A program made the translations under genes and the position numbers. DNA of 64,000 nt from positions 1,118,001-1,182,000 of the forward strand of contig CM075999.1 of NCBI GenBank assembly GCA_038087875.1, read 5' to 3'. Origin of the DNA: Malacoraja senta. Its lineage: Eukaryota. Positions 10,996-23,850 of the stretch are shown piece by piece (position 1 is the stretch's first letter; the number at the start of each line of letters is the position of its first letter). The notes beneath the pieces are model-generated. The model saw only the letters and a program-made list of their open reading frames with translations, made no database searches and was not told the origin of the DNA.

Positions 10996-11440
10996 TTTAG
11001 AGATTCAGCATGGAAACAGGCCCTTCGGCCCACCCATACACTAGCACTATACCACACATTATGGGCGGTACACAAAAATGCTGGAGAAACTCAGCGGGTG
11101 CAGAAACTGCACCCGCTGAGTTTCTCCAGCATTTTTGTGTATCCTTGGCTCCATAGATGCTGCTGCACCCGCTGAGTTTCTCCAGCATTTTTGTGTACCT
11201 TCGATTTTTCCAGCATCTGCAGTTCCTTCGTTAACACACACTATGGACAATGTACAGAAGCCAATTAATCAACAAACATGTATATCTTTGGAGTGCGGGA
11301 GGGAACAGGAGCACCCAGAGAAAACCCACGCAGTCACAGGGAGAACGTACAAACTTCGTTCAGACAGCTCCCGTAGTCAGAATCGAACCCTGGTCTCTGG
11401 CATTGCAAGGCAACAATTCTACCGCTGCCTCAACATGCCG
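10996..11440 (-). mobile_element. HE1-like SINE interrupted by an inverted Penelope-like repeat (11067-11235)
   Basis: SINE halves resume on either side; the insert contains a perfect 35-bp inverted repeat. Confidence 0.7.
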
Positions 11441-11814
11441 TTTGTTTTAAAGATTTCTATCTACATAATCACTGATGAATGTCCCTTGTCGAACAATCCC
11501 TAACAAACTGCACTTCACGATTAACTCACTAGCTGTGAGGTTTTTTTGGGTACATCTTGAAGATGATGAAGAAAGCCTCTTTTATCTTGCTCTCCTTCCT
11601 CTTCCTTGGCTTATTGTGGTAACCCCTCAGTTCTTAATCCCTTGATGAATACAACAATTCTCCATCAATAATATGCAGTCATAACACCAGATAATATTAA
11701 AAGTTAATGCTCATAAATCCATCACAGATTATCAGCGAGTCTTAACTGGCCTAATGTAAACTGACAGACTAATAAACAGCACTGCGCTATTTCAATGCTC
11801 TCTGGATAAAATGT

Positions 11815-12538
11815 TAAATTTAGTTTCTCTAACTTTTCTATGTGGGGGAGGGGGGTAGGGTAAGGGGGAAACCGTTTCCCAGTCACTTCCTGGCGAGGAC
11901 GCGACTATTCTCCGAGTCGCGTCATCGCCCCCCTCCTCGCGGCCTACCACCTGGATTGGAGCGGCCTTTCCTGCCGGGGACCGGACCACAGCTCCAGCAG
12001 TGGCGGCGCAACGCTGGATTCACAGCGGAGCGGGTGATGCCTTACCTGGGATCGCCGCGGAGGCTCCGGAGTGCTGGGCCTGCTGCATCTACATCGGAGC
12101 TGCAGAGCTTCCAGCGCGGCCGGCGCTGTCTTCAACATTGCGGAGACCTGGGGCCATTTGCCGAGGCCTGTGGACTTCGGGAGCCACGGACTCTGGTAGG
12201 AGGTGGCCGTTTCGGATGTCCAAGCTGCGGAGGATGTCCTCCAGTCCCGACGTCGGTCTTCCATCACCCCGGCGAGCGGGGCTTGAACATCGGGCTGCCC
12301 GTAGCGGCGACAGCGGAGGGTTCGGGAGCCCCCCCGACCACGGGAGGACAACAGAGGAGGACGACTGAATTTTGGAGCCTTCCCTCACAGGGGGAAACTT
12401 TGATCCCGCTGTGTGGGGATGTCTGTGTTAAAGACTATCGTGTTCTGTGCTCTTTATTATTCGTATGGCTGTATGGTGACCACACATTTCACGGTACCAA
12501 TTGGTATATGTGACAAATAAATGTATCGTATCTAGTAA
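11815..12538 (+). mobile_element. GC/CpG-rich non-coding retroposon with a Rex1-type 3' tail (5'-truncated copy)
   Basis: Colinear shared blocks with 32717-33635; ends TATGTGACAAATAAATGTATC. Confidence 0.6.
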
Positions 12539-12696
12539 ATCAAATGCACCCAGGGACCTTGGACAATGATCTGTGGTTGAGCTGCTGATTGGAACATTAT
12601 GAGCAGCTGTCATCCTGGTTTTGACCTTTATTTATTGATGAAGTCTTTGTTAATTTGTTCATATCAGTCAGACAGGAGAAAAGTATCCGCCTTTAT

Positions 12697-13180
12697 GTTT
12701 AAGATAATTTGGATACAGAGCAGAAACAGGCCCTTCGGCCTACCGAGTCCACGCTGAGCAGTGATCCCTGCACATTAACGTTATCCGACGCACACTAGGG
12801 AATGATTCACAATTTTACCAAGACAATTAACCTACAAATCTGCACATCTTTGGAATGTGGGTGGAAACCGGAGCATCCGGAGAAAATCCACGCAAGTCAC
12901 GGGGAGGTAGACAAAAGTGCTGGAGAAACTCAGCGGTTGTGGCAGCATCTTTTAATTATTGACTATTTTATTTTTTCTTTCCTGTAAAGCACCTTGAATT
13001 GCTGTTTGCACGAATGGTGCTATATACCTTACCTTACCTTATGGAGCGAGGGAAATAGGCAACGTTTCGGGCCGAAACCCTTCTTCAGACGGGGAGAATG
13101 TACGAACTCGACAGAGGCAGCACCCGTAGCCGGGTGTCTGGCACTGTGAGGCAGCAACTCTACCGCTGTGCCACCGTGCT
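12697..13180 (-). mobile_element. Nested HE1-like SINE > Penelope-like repeat (12906-13090) > L2-like tail (~12951-13040, plus)
   Basis: Each host resumes after the insert (CACGGGGAG|AATGTAC; GCAGCATCT|ATGGAGC); inner tail TGTAAAGCACCTTG...(CCTTA)n. Confidence 0.6.
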
Positions 13181-14271
13181 CCGTGCTGCTGCACCGCCTG
13201 TTAAATGTTTAAGAAACATTCAGACAGGTACATGGATAGGACAGATTTGGAGGGAAAATGGGCCAAATGCAAGTAGGTGGAACTAGTGTAGATGGGACAT
13301 GTTGGTCGGTGTGGGCAAGTTGGGCTGAAGTTTGCATGCTATATACCTCCATAACTATGGCCTTATTAAGTAAGAATTTGCGCAAATTGGTGGATGAGAA
13401 CTAAGGCAGTAACAGAAATGGACAAATGGACAAATGCACAAAGTGAAGATGAAAATACCATACCATCCCATGGAGATACAACAACTTCACACAGAGTTAT
13501 ATAGTTTCAGCCATGATCATATTGAATGGCGGTGCAGGCTCGAAGGGCCGAATGGCCTACTCCTGCACCTATTTTCTATGTTTCGATGTTTCTATGTTTC
13601 ACCATGAAGCAAAGATATAGCTCAGAATCCAAGCCAATTGGGAAAGAGACAGAATATCTGACACACTGTTCTTGAACTCCCATTGGAAATTACTAGGGAG
13701 AAAGAAAGTAAGACTTGCCATTATATAGTTTGTCGTTCACAAACTCGTGACAGCGCAAAGCATCTCACCAGTAATGATAAAGGGCAAATCAATTGTGTGT
13801 GCAGCAACTTCACAGAAATGATTTTTTTAAAGATAAAAGGCCAGAAAAAAAAATCTGTTGTAGAGTTGTCAGTTGAAGGATAAAAATTGTCTTGGACACT
13901 TCCTGTTCATATGATATGGGGAGAAAGCGGGAACGGGGTGCTGATGTTGGATGATCAGCCATAGAAACACCGAAACATAGAAAATATGTGCAGGAGTAGA
14001 TCATTTGGCCCTTCGAGCCGTTCAATATGATCATGGCTGATCATCCACAATCAGTACCCTGTTCCGGCTTTTTTCCCCATATCTCTTGATTCCCTTATCC
14101 CTAAGAGCTAAACCTAACTCTCTCATGAAAACTATATTGAATGGTGGTGCTAGCTCGAAGGGCCGAATGGCCTACTCCTGCACCTATTTTCTATGTTTCT
14201 GTGTTTCTTAATGAAAAAGATCCTCATTATTGCTCACATCCAACTGGTTGAGCAAATGGAGTTTGTTTTAA

Positions 14272-14691
14272 GGTAGACAAAAGTGCTGGAGAAACTCAGC
14301 GGGTGCGGCAGCATCTATGGAGCGAAGGAAATAGGCAACGTTTCGGGCCGAAACTCTTCTTCAGACTGATGTAGGGTGGGGGGAGAAAGGAAGAGGAGGA
14401 GCCAGAGGGCTGAGGGAGAGTTGAGAAGGGGAGGAGACAATAAGGGCTACCGGAAATTAGAGAAGTCAATGTTCATGCTGTTGGGGTGTAAACTGCCCAA
14501 GCGGAATATGAGGTGCTGCTCCTACAATTTCCAGTGGTCCTCACTCTGGCCATGGAGGAGGCCCTGGTCAGAAAGGTCGGATTCGGATGGGAGGGGGAGT
14601 TGAAGTGCTGAGCCACAGGGAGATCAGGTTGGTTAATGCGGACCGAGCGGAGGTGTTCGGCGAAACAATGGCCAAGCCTACGCTTGGTCTC
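14272..14691 (-). mobile_element. 5'-truncated Penelope-like element (GIY-YIG C-terminus plus terminal repeat)
   Basis: ETKRRLG..FAEHLRSV..NQPDLPVAQHFNSPSH; perfect 12-bp TSD AGTTTGTTTTAA (14260-14271, 14692-14703). Confidence 0.85.
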
Positions 14692-14814
14692 AGTTTGTTT
14701 TAACATCACTGCTGGAAAGCAGTGTAGCTATTGCTCTGGAGTGTAATATCTCTGGGACAAGATTAGAATATACCATCTCGTATCCCATGGAGTCACAGCT
14801 GTTATCAAGGCGGA

Positions 14815-15345
14815 ATTTGAGGAAGGCCATTCCTGCTATTGAGGTAGTGCAGCATAGGTTCACGAGGTTAATTCCTGGGATGGCGGGACTGTCATAAGAA
14901 AGAATGGAACGAATGGGATTGTATTCACTGGAATTTAGAAAGATGAGAGGGGATCTTATAGAACATAAAATTATTAAAGGATTGGACAGGTTAGATGCAG
15001 GAAACATGTTCCCGATGTTGGGGGAGTCCTGAACCAGGGGCCATAGTTTAAGTATAAGGGGTAGGCCATTTAGAAAGATGAGGAAAAACTTTTCACCCAG
15101 ACAGTTGTGAATCTGTGGAATTCTCTGCCTCAGAAGGCAGTGGAGGCCGATTCACTGGATGCATTCAAAAGAGAGTTAGATAGAGCTCTTAGGGCTAGCG
15201 AAATCAATGGGGTATAGGGAGAAGGCTGGAACGGGGCACTGATAGAGGATGATCAGCCATGATCACATTGAATGGTGGCGCTGGCTCGAAGGGCCGAATG
15301 GCCTACTCCTGCACCTATTGTCTATGAATTTATGTATCTATGTAC
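14815..15345 (+). mobile_element. CR1 LINE 3' fragment
   Basis: Encodes a degenerate VQ.RFTRLIPGM..LYSLE.R.MRGDLIE region; 3' UTR GGGCCGAATGGCCTACTCCTGCACCTATT. Confidence 0.8.
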
Positions 15346-16306
15346 TGTATCTATAACGTCTTACTCATTTTGTCGAAACCCTTTATAATTTTCCACCCAT
15401 CTGTAGAGTAGTTATTCCAAGGTGAAGACTTTCAATATATTTAGTTCCACCTATTGCTGTGAATGATAAAGATGGGCAGTTTTGAATAATCACAGCAAAA
15501 TATGCTCAAGAATATGGTCTAGTTCTTAGGGCTAACGGAATCAAGGGATATGGGGAGAAAGCAGGAACGGGGGTACTGATTTTGGACGATCAGCCATGAT
15601 CATATTGAATGGCAGAAGTAGCTCGAAGGGCCGAATGGCCGATTCCTGCAACTATTTTCTATGTTTCGAAGACAAGATAAAGTAGATTTGAAACAGCCAC
15701 GGAAAGGAGCCAATTTAACAGATCAAATCATCAGACAGTCAGGCGAAGGGTCCCCACCCAAATGCCGTCTGTTGATCAGTCTGAAGAAGGGTCCTGACCA
15801 GAAATGCAATCTGTCCATTCCTTCCGCTGATGTAGAAACAAGTAACTGCAGATATTGGTTAATACACTGAAGGACACAAAGCTGGAGGAGCTCAGCAGGT
15901 CAGGCACCATCTCTGGAGAAAAAAGACACAAAGTGCTGGAGTAACTGAGCAGGTCAGGCAGCGTCCGGTTTCTCCACAGATGCTGCTTGACATGCTGAGT
16001 TACTCCGGCACTTTGTGTTTTTTGCTCAAGTTTCCAGCATCTGCACTTTCCCTCTGCCATCAGTCAAGAGGTACAGAAGTGTGAAAACGCACACCTCCAG
16101 ATTCAGGGACACTGCTTCTTCACAGCTGCTATCAGGCAACGGAACCATCCTATCAACAACTAGAAAGATATGGCGTGAGGTGAAGAAAGATGGAAAAAGG
16201 GGCTAATCCTTTAAGGATAGAATTGGGATATGGGCTGAAGGGCCTGTATCTTGCTTTCATGATGATAGTTTGGGGGATATTTTAGTGTAATGTGAGACTT
16301 GCATTT

Positions 16307-16483
16307 TAACTAACAAAGCCTGTACGTCTTTGGAGGGTGGGAGGAATCCGGAGCACCCGAAGGAAACTCACGCAGTCACAGGAAGAAAATACAAACTCGG
16401 TACAGACGGCACCCGTAGTCAGGATCGAACCCGTGTCTCTGGCGCTGTAAGGCAGCAACTCTACCGCTGTACCACCGTGCCTC
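16307..16483 (-). mobile_element. HE1-like SINE 5' part
   Basis: A/B boxes on the minus strand. Confidence 0.75.
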
Positions 16484-16542
16484 CCCTAATTCCTGTGTTG
16501 CATGCACGAAAGAAACACAGGGCTCTTCCTGGAGGGTGCACC

Positions 16543-16569
16543 ATATATATATATATATATATATATATA
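16543..16569. repeat. (AT)n microsatellite
   Basis: Direct observation. Confidence 0.95.
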
Positions 16570-17034
16570 GGTAGGATATAAACATCTGCTGAAAGTCATG
16601 CCTCAATACAATACAGTACTGGTGATTACGAGGTGCAGACAGAAGTCCCTGTGTTTCTCTGTGTTCGCTGCAGTGATTCTTCATACTTGATTTGCATTGT
16701 CCAATCTGATTATCATTTCTTCCAGGTAACAGCTTGCCGGCAATGATCTTTCAATTCATTCGAACCAAAATGTCAAGCGCGCACACCGTGGAACCTAATA
16801 TGCACGAAGAGCTAATCCCCATCTATCTAAAGGAAATGTAATCAGGTTAGTGGGAGGATAAGCACAGATCAAATGACAGTTGCTGTTCCCAAAGTCTCCT
16901 GATATGATGTACCGTGGTAAATGTGTGTAACCCTTCAGTTTCCTTGGCTTGTGCTTCGTGGCAGTATAAAATGAGCATTTGCATAGGGCATTTACGTGCG
17001 CGATGTTCCAAAAGTACTTTTTTGACGTGTGGTT

Positions 17035-17350
17035 AATAGGAACCCGCGGGGTAACTTTTTCACACAAAGGGTGGTGGGTGTGTTGAACAAGCTGCCAGAG
17101 GAGGTAGTTGAGGCTGGGACTATGCCAACTTTTAAGAAACAGTTAGACAGGTACATGGATAGGACAGGTTTGGAGGGATATGGACTAAGCGCAGGCAGGT
17201 GTGACTAACTAACAAAGCCTGTACGTCTTTGGAGGGTGGGAGGAAACCGGAGCACCCTGTTGTAGCTGGGACATGTTGGCCGATGTGGGCAAGTTGGGCC
17301 GAAGGGCCTGTTTCCACACTGTATCACTCTATGACACTCTATGACTCTAT
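17035..17350 (+). mobile_element. CR1-like 3' end containing a 52-bp locally templated insert
   Basis: Tail CTGTATCACTCTATGAC.CTCTATG; insert 17206-17257 copies 16307-16358. Confidence 0.7.
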
Positions 17351-18217
17351 GGTCAATATTGTAACACAGAAAAAGCTACAGTCAGTCTGTACATAACAAG
17401 GACCCACATATCTTAATGAGATGTGTAGGAAAGAAATGCAGATGCTGGTTTAAACAGAAAATAGACACAAAAAGCTGGAGTAACTCAGTGGGACAGGCAG
17501 CATCTCTGGAGAGAAGGAATGGGTGATGTTTCGGGTTGAGACCCCTCTTCAGACTGGTTAGGGATAAGTGAAACGAGAGATATAGACGATGATGTAGAGA
17601 GATAAAGAACAATGAACAACTTTATCTCTTTATATCTTTATCTCTCTACATCAAGGAACTTCAGTTGCTGGTTTGTACTGAAGATAGACACACAGGCAGC
17701 ATCTCTGGATAAAAAGGATGGGTGATGTTTCGAGTCGGAAGAAGGGTCCCGAACCGAAACGTCACCCATGCTTTTTGTCCAGAGATGCTGCCTGACCCGT
17801 TGAGTTACCCCAGCACTTTGTCTCTATATTAATGAAATAATGAGCAGGTAATCTGCTTTTAATGCATTGGAGACCTTTGAACATCATTGGAGACCTTTGA
17901 ACTAACTTTGATTGGGCTTTATCTTGCACTAAATGTTGTACCCTTTATCCTTTCTCTGTACATTATGGACGGCATGACTGTAATCATGCATAGTCTTTTC
18001 GTTAACTGGATAGCATGCAACAAAAAGCTTTTCACTGTACCTCGGTACACATGACGATAATAAACTAAGCTAAGCTAAACTAAATGATGTTTAGCAGACA
18101 TGATAGTGGTGTTTAAGATGCTTTGAGAAAGGTGCAGGACATTGAGGGATATGGCATCGAGTGGAGAGAGAGGAGATTATTTTCACTTGGGATCCTATTC
18201 AGCTCCTATTCCTATTC

Positions 18218-18675
18218 AGACTACAACAAGTAGTAAACACTGCCCAGTCCATCATCGGCTCTGACCTCCCTTCCATCGAGGGGATCTATCGCAGTCGCTG
18301 CCTCAAAAAGGCTGGCAGTATCATCAAGGACCCACACCATCCTGGCCACACACTCATCTCCCTGCTACCTTCAGGTAGAAGGTGCAGGAGCCTGAAGACT
18401 GCAACGACCAGGTTCAGGAATAGCTACTTCCCCACAGCCATCAGGCTATTAAACTTGGCTTGGACAAAACTCTGAACATTAATAGCCCATTATCTGTTAT
18501 TTGCACGTTATCAGTTTATTTATTCATGTGTGTATTTACGTATATAATGGTATATGGACACACTGATCTGTTCTGTAGTCAATGCCTACTATGTTCTGTT
18601 GTGCTGAAGCAAAGCAAGAATTTCATTGTCCTATCAGGGACACATGACAATAAGCTCTCTTGAATCTCTTGAATC
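18218..18675 (+). mobile_element. Rex1/Babar-like LINE 3' fragment
   Basis: RLQQVVNTAQSIIGSDLPSIE..IIKDPHHPGH..LPSGRR..RFRNSYFPTAIRLLN; tail GACAATAA-(CTCTTGAAT)n. Confidence 0.8.
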
Positions 18676-19384
18676 ACAGACATTGTGGGCCAAAGGGCAC
18701 GTGCCTGTGATGTACTGTTCTATGCCATTACAAGGAACAGCACATGTTGGTTTACCAAAATGCTGGAGTAATTCAGCGGGTCAGGCAGCATCTCTGGAGA
18801 ACATGGATGAGTGACGTTTCGGGTCAGGACCCTTCTTCACACTTATTCTTCAGAGCTGTACCGAACCATGTTCCATGGTCAAGGATAAATATTGTTCAAG
18901 ATTCTAGGGGGAGATAGAGGATGTGAAAGGTAGAGTTTAGGACCCAGAGGGTTAATGGGACATCCATAGAAGACTGATGTAAATCTAGAGTTCATAAGAG
19001 GCCAGATTTGGAGAATGGGTCATGGGAGTGGCTTACAAGTTTGGAAAAGTTTCCAGAAATTTGGAGGAGCAAATTCGTGGAGAAATTCTAACGCTCGGAT
19101 GAACATTGTAAAATAAAAAAAACGGGTGATGTATTTTGCGATCAAAACACTAGATGTGAGTTAGGATATGGATAGGGACAAGGAGACTTAACATGAGGAG
19201 TATGTGGGATTTGCAAAGCCACCAGAAAGCCATCTTAAACCCACTTCACTCTTTGTGAAGTTATTGCGGATGTCAGAATAATTATATTTATCCTCCTGGC
19301 ATTGCAGGCATAACTTGAGCTAATTAATGTCGGCGTTGCAGAATAGATGCAGATGGTGATGAACAGTTCATGTACCGAGCAAGA

Positions 19385-19831
19385 GGTCATAAGGTCATGT
19401 CATAAATGATAGGAGCAGAATTAGGCCATTTGGTCATTCTATGTCTGATCTATCTCTCTCTCTCCTAACCCCATTCTCCTGCCTTCTCCCCATAACCTCT
19501 GACACCTGTACTAATCAAGAATCTATCTATCTCTGCCTTGAATATATCCACTGACTTGGCCTCCACAGCCTTCTGTGGCAAAGAATTCCACAGATTCACC
19601 ACCCTCCGACTAAAGAAATTCCTCCTCATCTTTTTCCTAAAGGAACGTCCTTTAATTCTGAGGCTATGACCTCTCGTACTAGACTCTCCCACTAGTGGAA
19701 ACATCCTCTCCACATCCACTCTATCCAAGCCTTTCACTATTCGGTAAGTTTCAATGAGGTCCTCCCTCGTCCTTCCAAACTCCAGCGAGGACAGGCCCAG
19801 CGCTGTCAAACGCTCATCATATGTTAACCCA
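19385..19831 (-). mobile_element. CR1 LINE 3' fragment
   Basis: LTYDERL..LGL.SLE..DLIETYRIVKG..TRGHSLRI..FFSRRVVNLWNSLP. Confidence 0.85.
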
Positions 19832-20557
19832 TATATGGGAAGGTGACCAGTCAGCAAGGGGGCTGAGGGTTGTGGTCACATCCATGAATCCCTGCATACA
19901 CCGTTCACTAGAGTCAAAAGATTCTAAATTGTTTTGTAAACCATTGCCTGCAAAACATTTGATTACAAAAGTGAAATCTCCAGGGCAATTTTCTTGTCAG
20001 ACCAATGAATAAAACTGGCTTGGCAGCTCAGGAGGAAGTGTGTGCTTCGTGCTAGAAGACTGATAGTTCCCATTCACATCCACAAGTGGGGCGGCAGAGT
20101 GGCGCAGTGGTAGAGTTGCTGCCTCACAGCACCAGAGACCCAATGCACAGGGTCAAGGCGCACAGAGGTGATACCTTTTATGAATGATTAACCTCAGGAT
20201 CCCTTCTACTTTGGCCCCCAGAAAAGCAATGTGAAGATGTAAATATGTTTAATTGATGTATGTTTTGTGCAAATAAAATGTGCAAGGGGGCTAATTGTGT
20301 GAAATTTAGTCAGGGTCTCGATGAGCAACCTATAGGCAGACTTAGCCCTGGTCAGTACTTGGATGGGAGCCTAGTAGGCTGTGGGCCGAGCATCAAAAAT
20401 GTGTCTAGAATCCAGTTTTCGTGTCCCAAGTCACCAAACTACATGACATTTTCCACAGATTTAGATGAAATATAATTGAGAAGGAAGTCATAACTCGTCA
20501 TTGCCAAAAGCTGCACATTAATTAATTAAACTAATTAGAAAATAAGATCGGAAAAGT

Positions 20558-20576
20558 AAGCGCCATCTAGTGGCTA
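20558..20576 (-). promoter_or_regulatory. Candidate CTCF binding site
   Basis: Minus strand TAGCCACTAGATGGCGCTT matches the CTCF core consensus (CCASYAGRKGGCRS) and lies in unique DNA. Confidence 0.55.
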
Positions 20577-20678
20577 ATGCCCATATTACACCATGGGCAG
20601 CCTATTTCCGTGTTGCAGTCCATTTAAACTATATATGATTATACCTATATATATAGGTTCTGCCAGCTTCTTGCCTGG

Positions 20679-20980
20679 AGGCATGGTGGCACAGCGGTAG
20701 AGCTGCTGCCTTACAGTGCCAGGGACCCGGTGGTCGATCCTGACTACGGGTGCTGTCGGTACGGAGTTTGTACGCTCTCCCCGTGACCGCGTGGGTTTTC
20801 TCCGGGTGCTCCTGTTTCCTCCCACATTCCAGAGATGTGGAGGTCTGTAGGTTAATTGGCTTCTGTAAATGATCCCTAGTGTGCACGATAGATCAGGTGT
20901 ACGGGGATCGCTGGTCAGCGTGGACTCAGTGGGCCGAAGGGCCTGTTTCCGTACTGTATCTCTAAACTAAACTATACTAA
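20679..20980 (+). mobile_element. HE1-like SINE, full length
   Basis: A/B boxes, core, CTAAA tail. Confidence 0.85.
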
Positions 20981-22119
20981 GTGGGAAGCAATGGCCCAGC
21001 CTCTTCCTCAGTTTGAAACCGATTAATACAGGCCGCAGCATCTGCTCAACCAGCAAGAAAAAAACTGCTTCTACTGTGCCTCAGAATTTTCCAGTGATTA
21101 CCAGTCATCAAACTATTCTCTTTGAAGAACGGTCTCAGATGGATTGTGGGGAAATGCAGTTGCCATGTTGTGCATAGCAAGGTCCTACAAATAACTGTGG
21201 GATAAATGATGAAACCCTTTGACAAGTCATCAACATGAAAGGTTAACTCTGTTTCTCTTTCCACAGATAAAGAATAAAGAAGCAGGTCACGGGGAGAATG
21301 TACAAACTCCGTACACGCAGCACCTGTAGTCGGGATCGAACCTGGCTCTCCGGCGCTGCAAGGCAGCAACCCTGCCGCTGCGCCACCATGCCGCCCACTG
21401 TGATCACTATGACTAAAACTCATACAATTAGCCCCTTTGGTCGTGTTTTTTTTGGTACCATATCAGTGTGAATTTGTGTGGATTTTTATTGATTTGTGTG
21501 AAGGTAGGTAGCATGTAACAGGACCAAGAAACCGCAGACGCTGGTTTGCAGCTGACGCTAACAATCACTTGTCCAGACATTAGCCTACTTCTCACGGCTG
21601 AGAGTGATCGACAACAGCCGCCCGAACAACCATTCTGGAGCAGAGATTATTGAAAGAACCATAAAAAAACACCAGCTCAACATAAAATTTGCATCATGCA
21701 GCTTGCAGGTTACAGCAGTGTGAAATATTAGTCAGAATTAATTTACAGAAGGAAGAATGATCTCACAGACCAGCCAGACTGTTTTATAGGTACTGATGGA
21801 TTTTATCTGAAGAAAGGGTCTCGACCCGAAATGTCGCCCATTCCTTCTCTCCTGAGATACTGCCTCACCCGCTGAGTTACTCCAGCATTTTATGTCTACC
21901 TTCGATTTTAACCAGCATCTGCAGTTCTTTATTGCACATGTTTTATTTGTACTCTCTACTGCCATCACAATTGAAGCTCGGCACATAAAAGCAAAGGCAC
22001 ATCTGCTCCTATTTCTCTGCTTTCAGAGAGCTAAAGATGAAACAGATATCTACCGCTTTTTATTTTTTACTGAGGGGTCCATTTTCAAATAAGTTGTAGG
22101 AGCACAGCAGTCCACTCCA

Positions 22120-22475
22120 CCATTCAATAGTGACTGATCTATCTTTCCCTTTCAACCCCATTCCCCTGACTTCTCCCCATAACCCCTGACACTTGCACTA
22201 ATCAAGAATCTATCGATCTCGACCGTAAAAATATCCATTGATTTGGCCTCCGTAGCCTTCTGTGGCAATGAATTCCACAGATTCACCACCTACTGACTAA
22301 AGAAATTCCTCCTCATCTCTTTTCTAAAGGTCCATCCTTTTATTCTGAGGGTAGACTCTCCCGCTAGTAGCAACATTCTCTCCACATCCACTCTATCCAG
22401 GCCTTTCAGTATTCGGTAAGTTTCAATGAAGTCTCCCCTCATGCTTCTAAACTATAGGCCCGGTGCCGTCAGACC
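22120..22475 (-). mobile_element. CR1 LINE 3' fragment
   Basis: Homologous to 19385-19831. Confidence 0.75.
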
Positions 22476-23526
22476 TCAAATGTTATGGAAAGAACATTTA
22501 ATGAGCCATGAAACGCTGTTCCTGCAGACATGAGTTGTTGTTAGTGGAGCAGTGCTTTAAGAGCCAAGCTCATGCAGTCTGGGGTTCCCTTGGCAACTTT
22601 CGATCTCTGAATTATTAAAATGGTATTTAGAAGAGCTTCGTTGCATATTGAGGGTAGTTAAGTTCTCCGGCAGTTCTGCAACAAGTGGGCTGGTGCAGGA
22701 ACTCATGAATGAGATTCAGAACATGTCTCCTGTAAATTTTAGAAATACAGCGGTACAGGCCCTTCGGCTCACCAATTCCGTGCCGACCCAGCAATCACCC
22801 TAAATACCAGGGACAATTTACAATTTTAGTGAAGCCAATTAACCTACAAACCTATACATCTTGGAGTGTGGGAGGGTACCAGAGCACCCGGGGAAAACCC
22901 ACACCATCACAGGGAGAACGTGCAAACTCCGTACAGACAGTGTCTGTATTCAGGATCGAACCCGGGTCTCTGTTGCTGTAAGCCAGCTAATCTAACTGCG
23001 CCACGGTGCCAGAGACCCGGAATCAATCCCGCAGTGCCCCTTACATTGTGTATCTTCTTATCCCTGAGAAAGTCTTTTTCCAAAGACAGAGCAGGTGTTT
23101 GTAACTGTGACTTACAACACTGTTATCTATATAACTAAAAGTCTCATCTTGTCCACTTCCTGTCTGTGCTGTGTATTGATTTTAGAAAAAATGCTACCCT
23201 ATATCGCTATGATTTTTGGCCATCTTACTCACAGTCCTCCTCTGCTGAGGCAGCCCCGAGATGTTTCTGATCGATGAAAAATAAAAAAAGTGATTATTGT
23301 ATAAAAAACCTTGAGATCAGCTGATTGGTCCTCTCGCCTGTCAATCACCACGATGAAGGTAACGCCCCTACCGGTGGGGGGTAGGACTATAAAACCCCGG
23401 ATGCCTGTACGTGAGTCAGTCACTCTGGAAGATCGTGAGGGAGAGGCCACAACTGTGATTATAAGCTGTGAATCAACTGAACTGTGAGTCTGCAATGTAT
23501 TTGCAATAAATGATTTGTTAGCCCTT

Positions 23527-23850
23527 AATGACAATGCCATGAGTTGTTTGGCCTGCCCTGCCTGTGCTTGAAAATGCAATGCAAAATTGGAAATGAAATG
23601 ACAATGCCATGAGTTGTTTGGCCTGCCCTGCCTGTGCTTGAAACTGCAATGCAAAATTGGAAATGAAATGACAATGCCATGAGTTGTTTGGCCTGCCCTG
23701 CCTGTGCTTGAATTTGCAATGCAAAATTGGAAATGAAATGACAATGCCATGAGTTGTTTGGCCCGCCCTGCCCGTGCTTGAAACTGCAATGCAAAATTGG
23801 AAATGAAATGACTATGCCATGAGTTGTTTGGCCTACCCTGTGCTTGAAAT
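23527..23850 (+). repeat. 70-bp minisatellite, ~4.6 copies
   Basis: AC(A/T)ATGCCAT recurs at 23531, 23601, 23671, 23741 and 23811. Confidence 0.95.

Noticed and set aside
11842..12513. 223-aa ORF / CpG-island promoter
   Set aside because: Lies in a GC-rich repeat with a second copy at 32717; the frame is not conserved between copies
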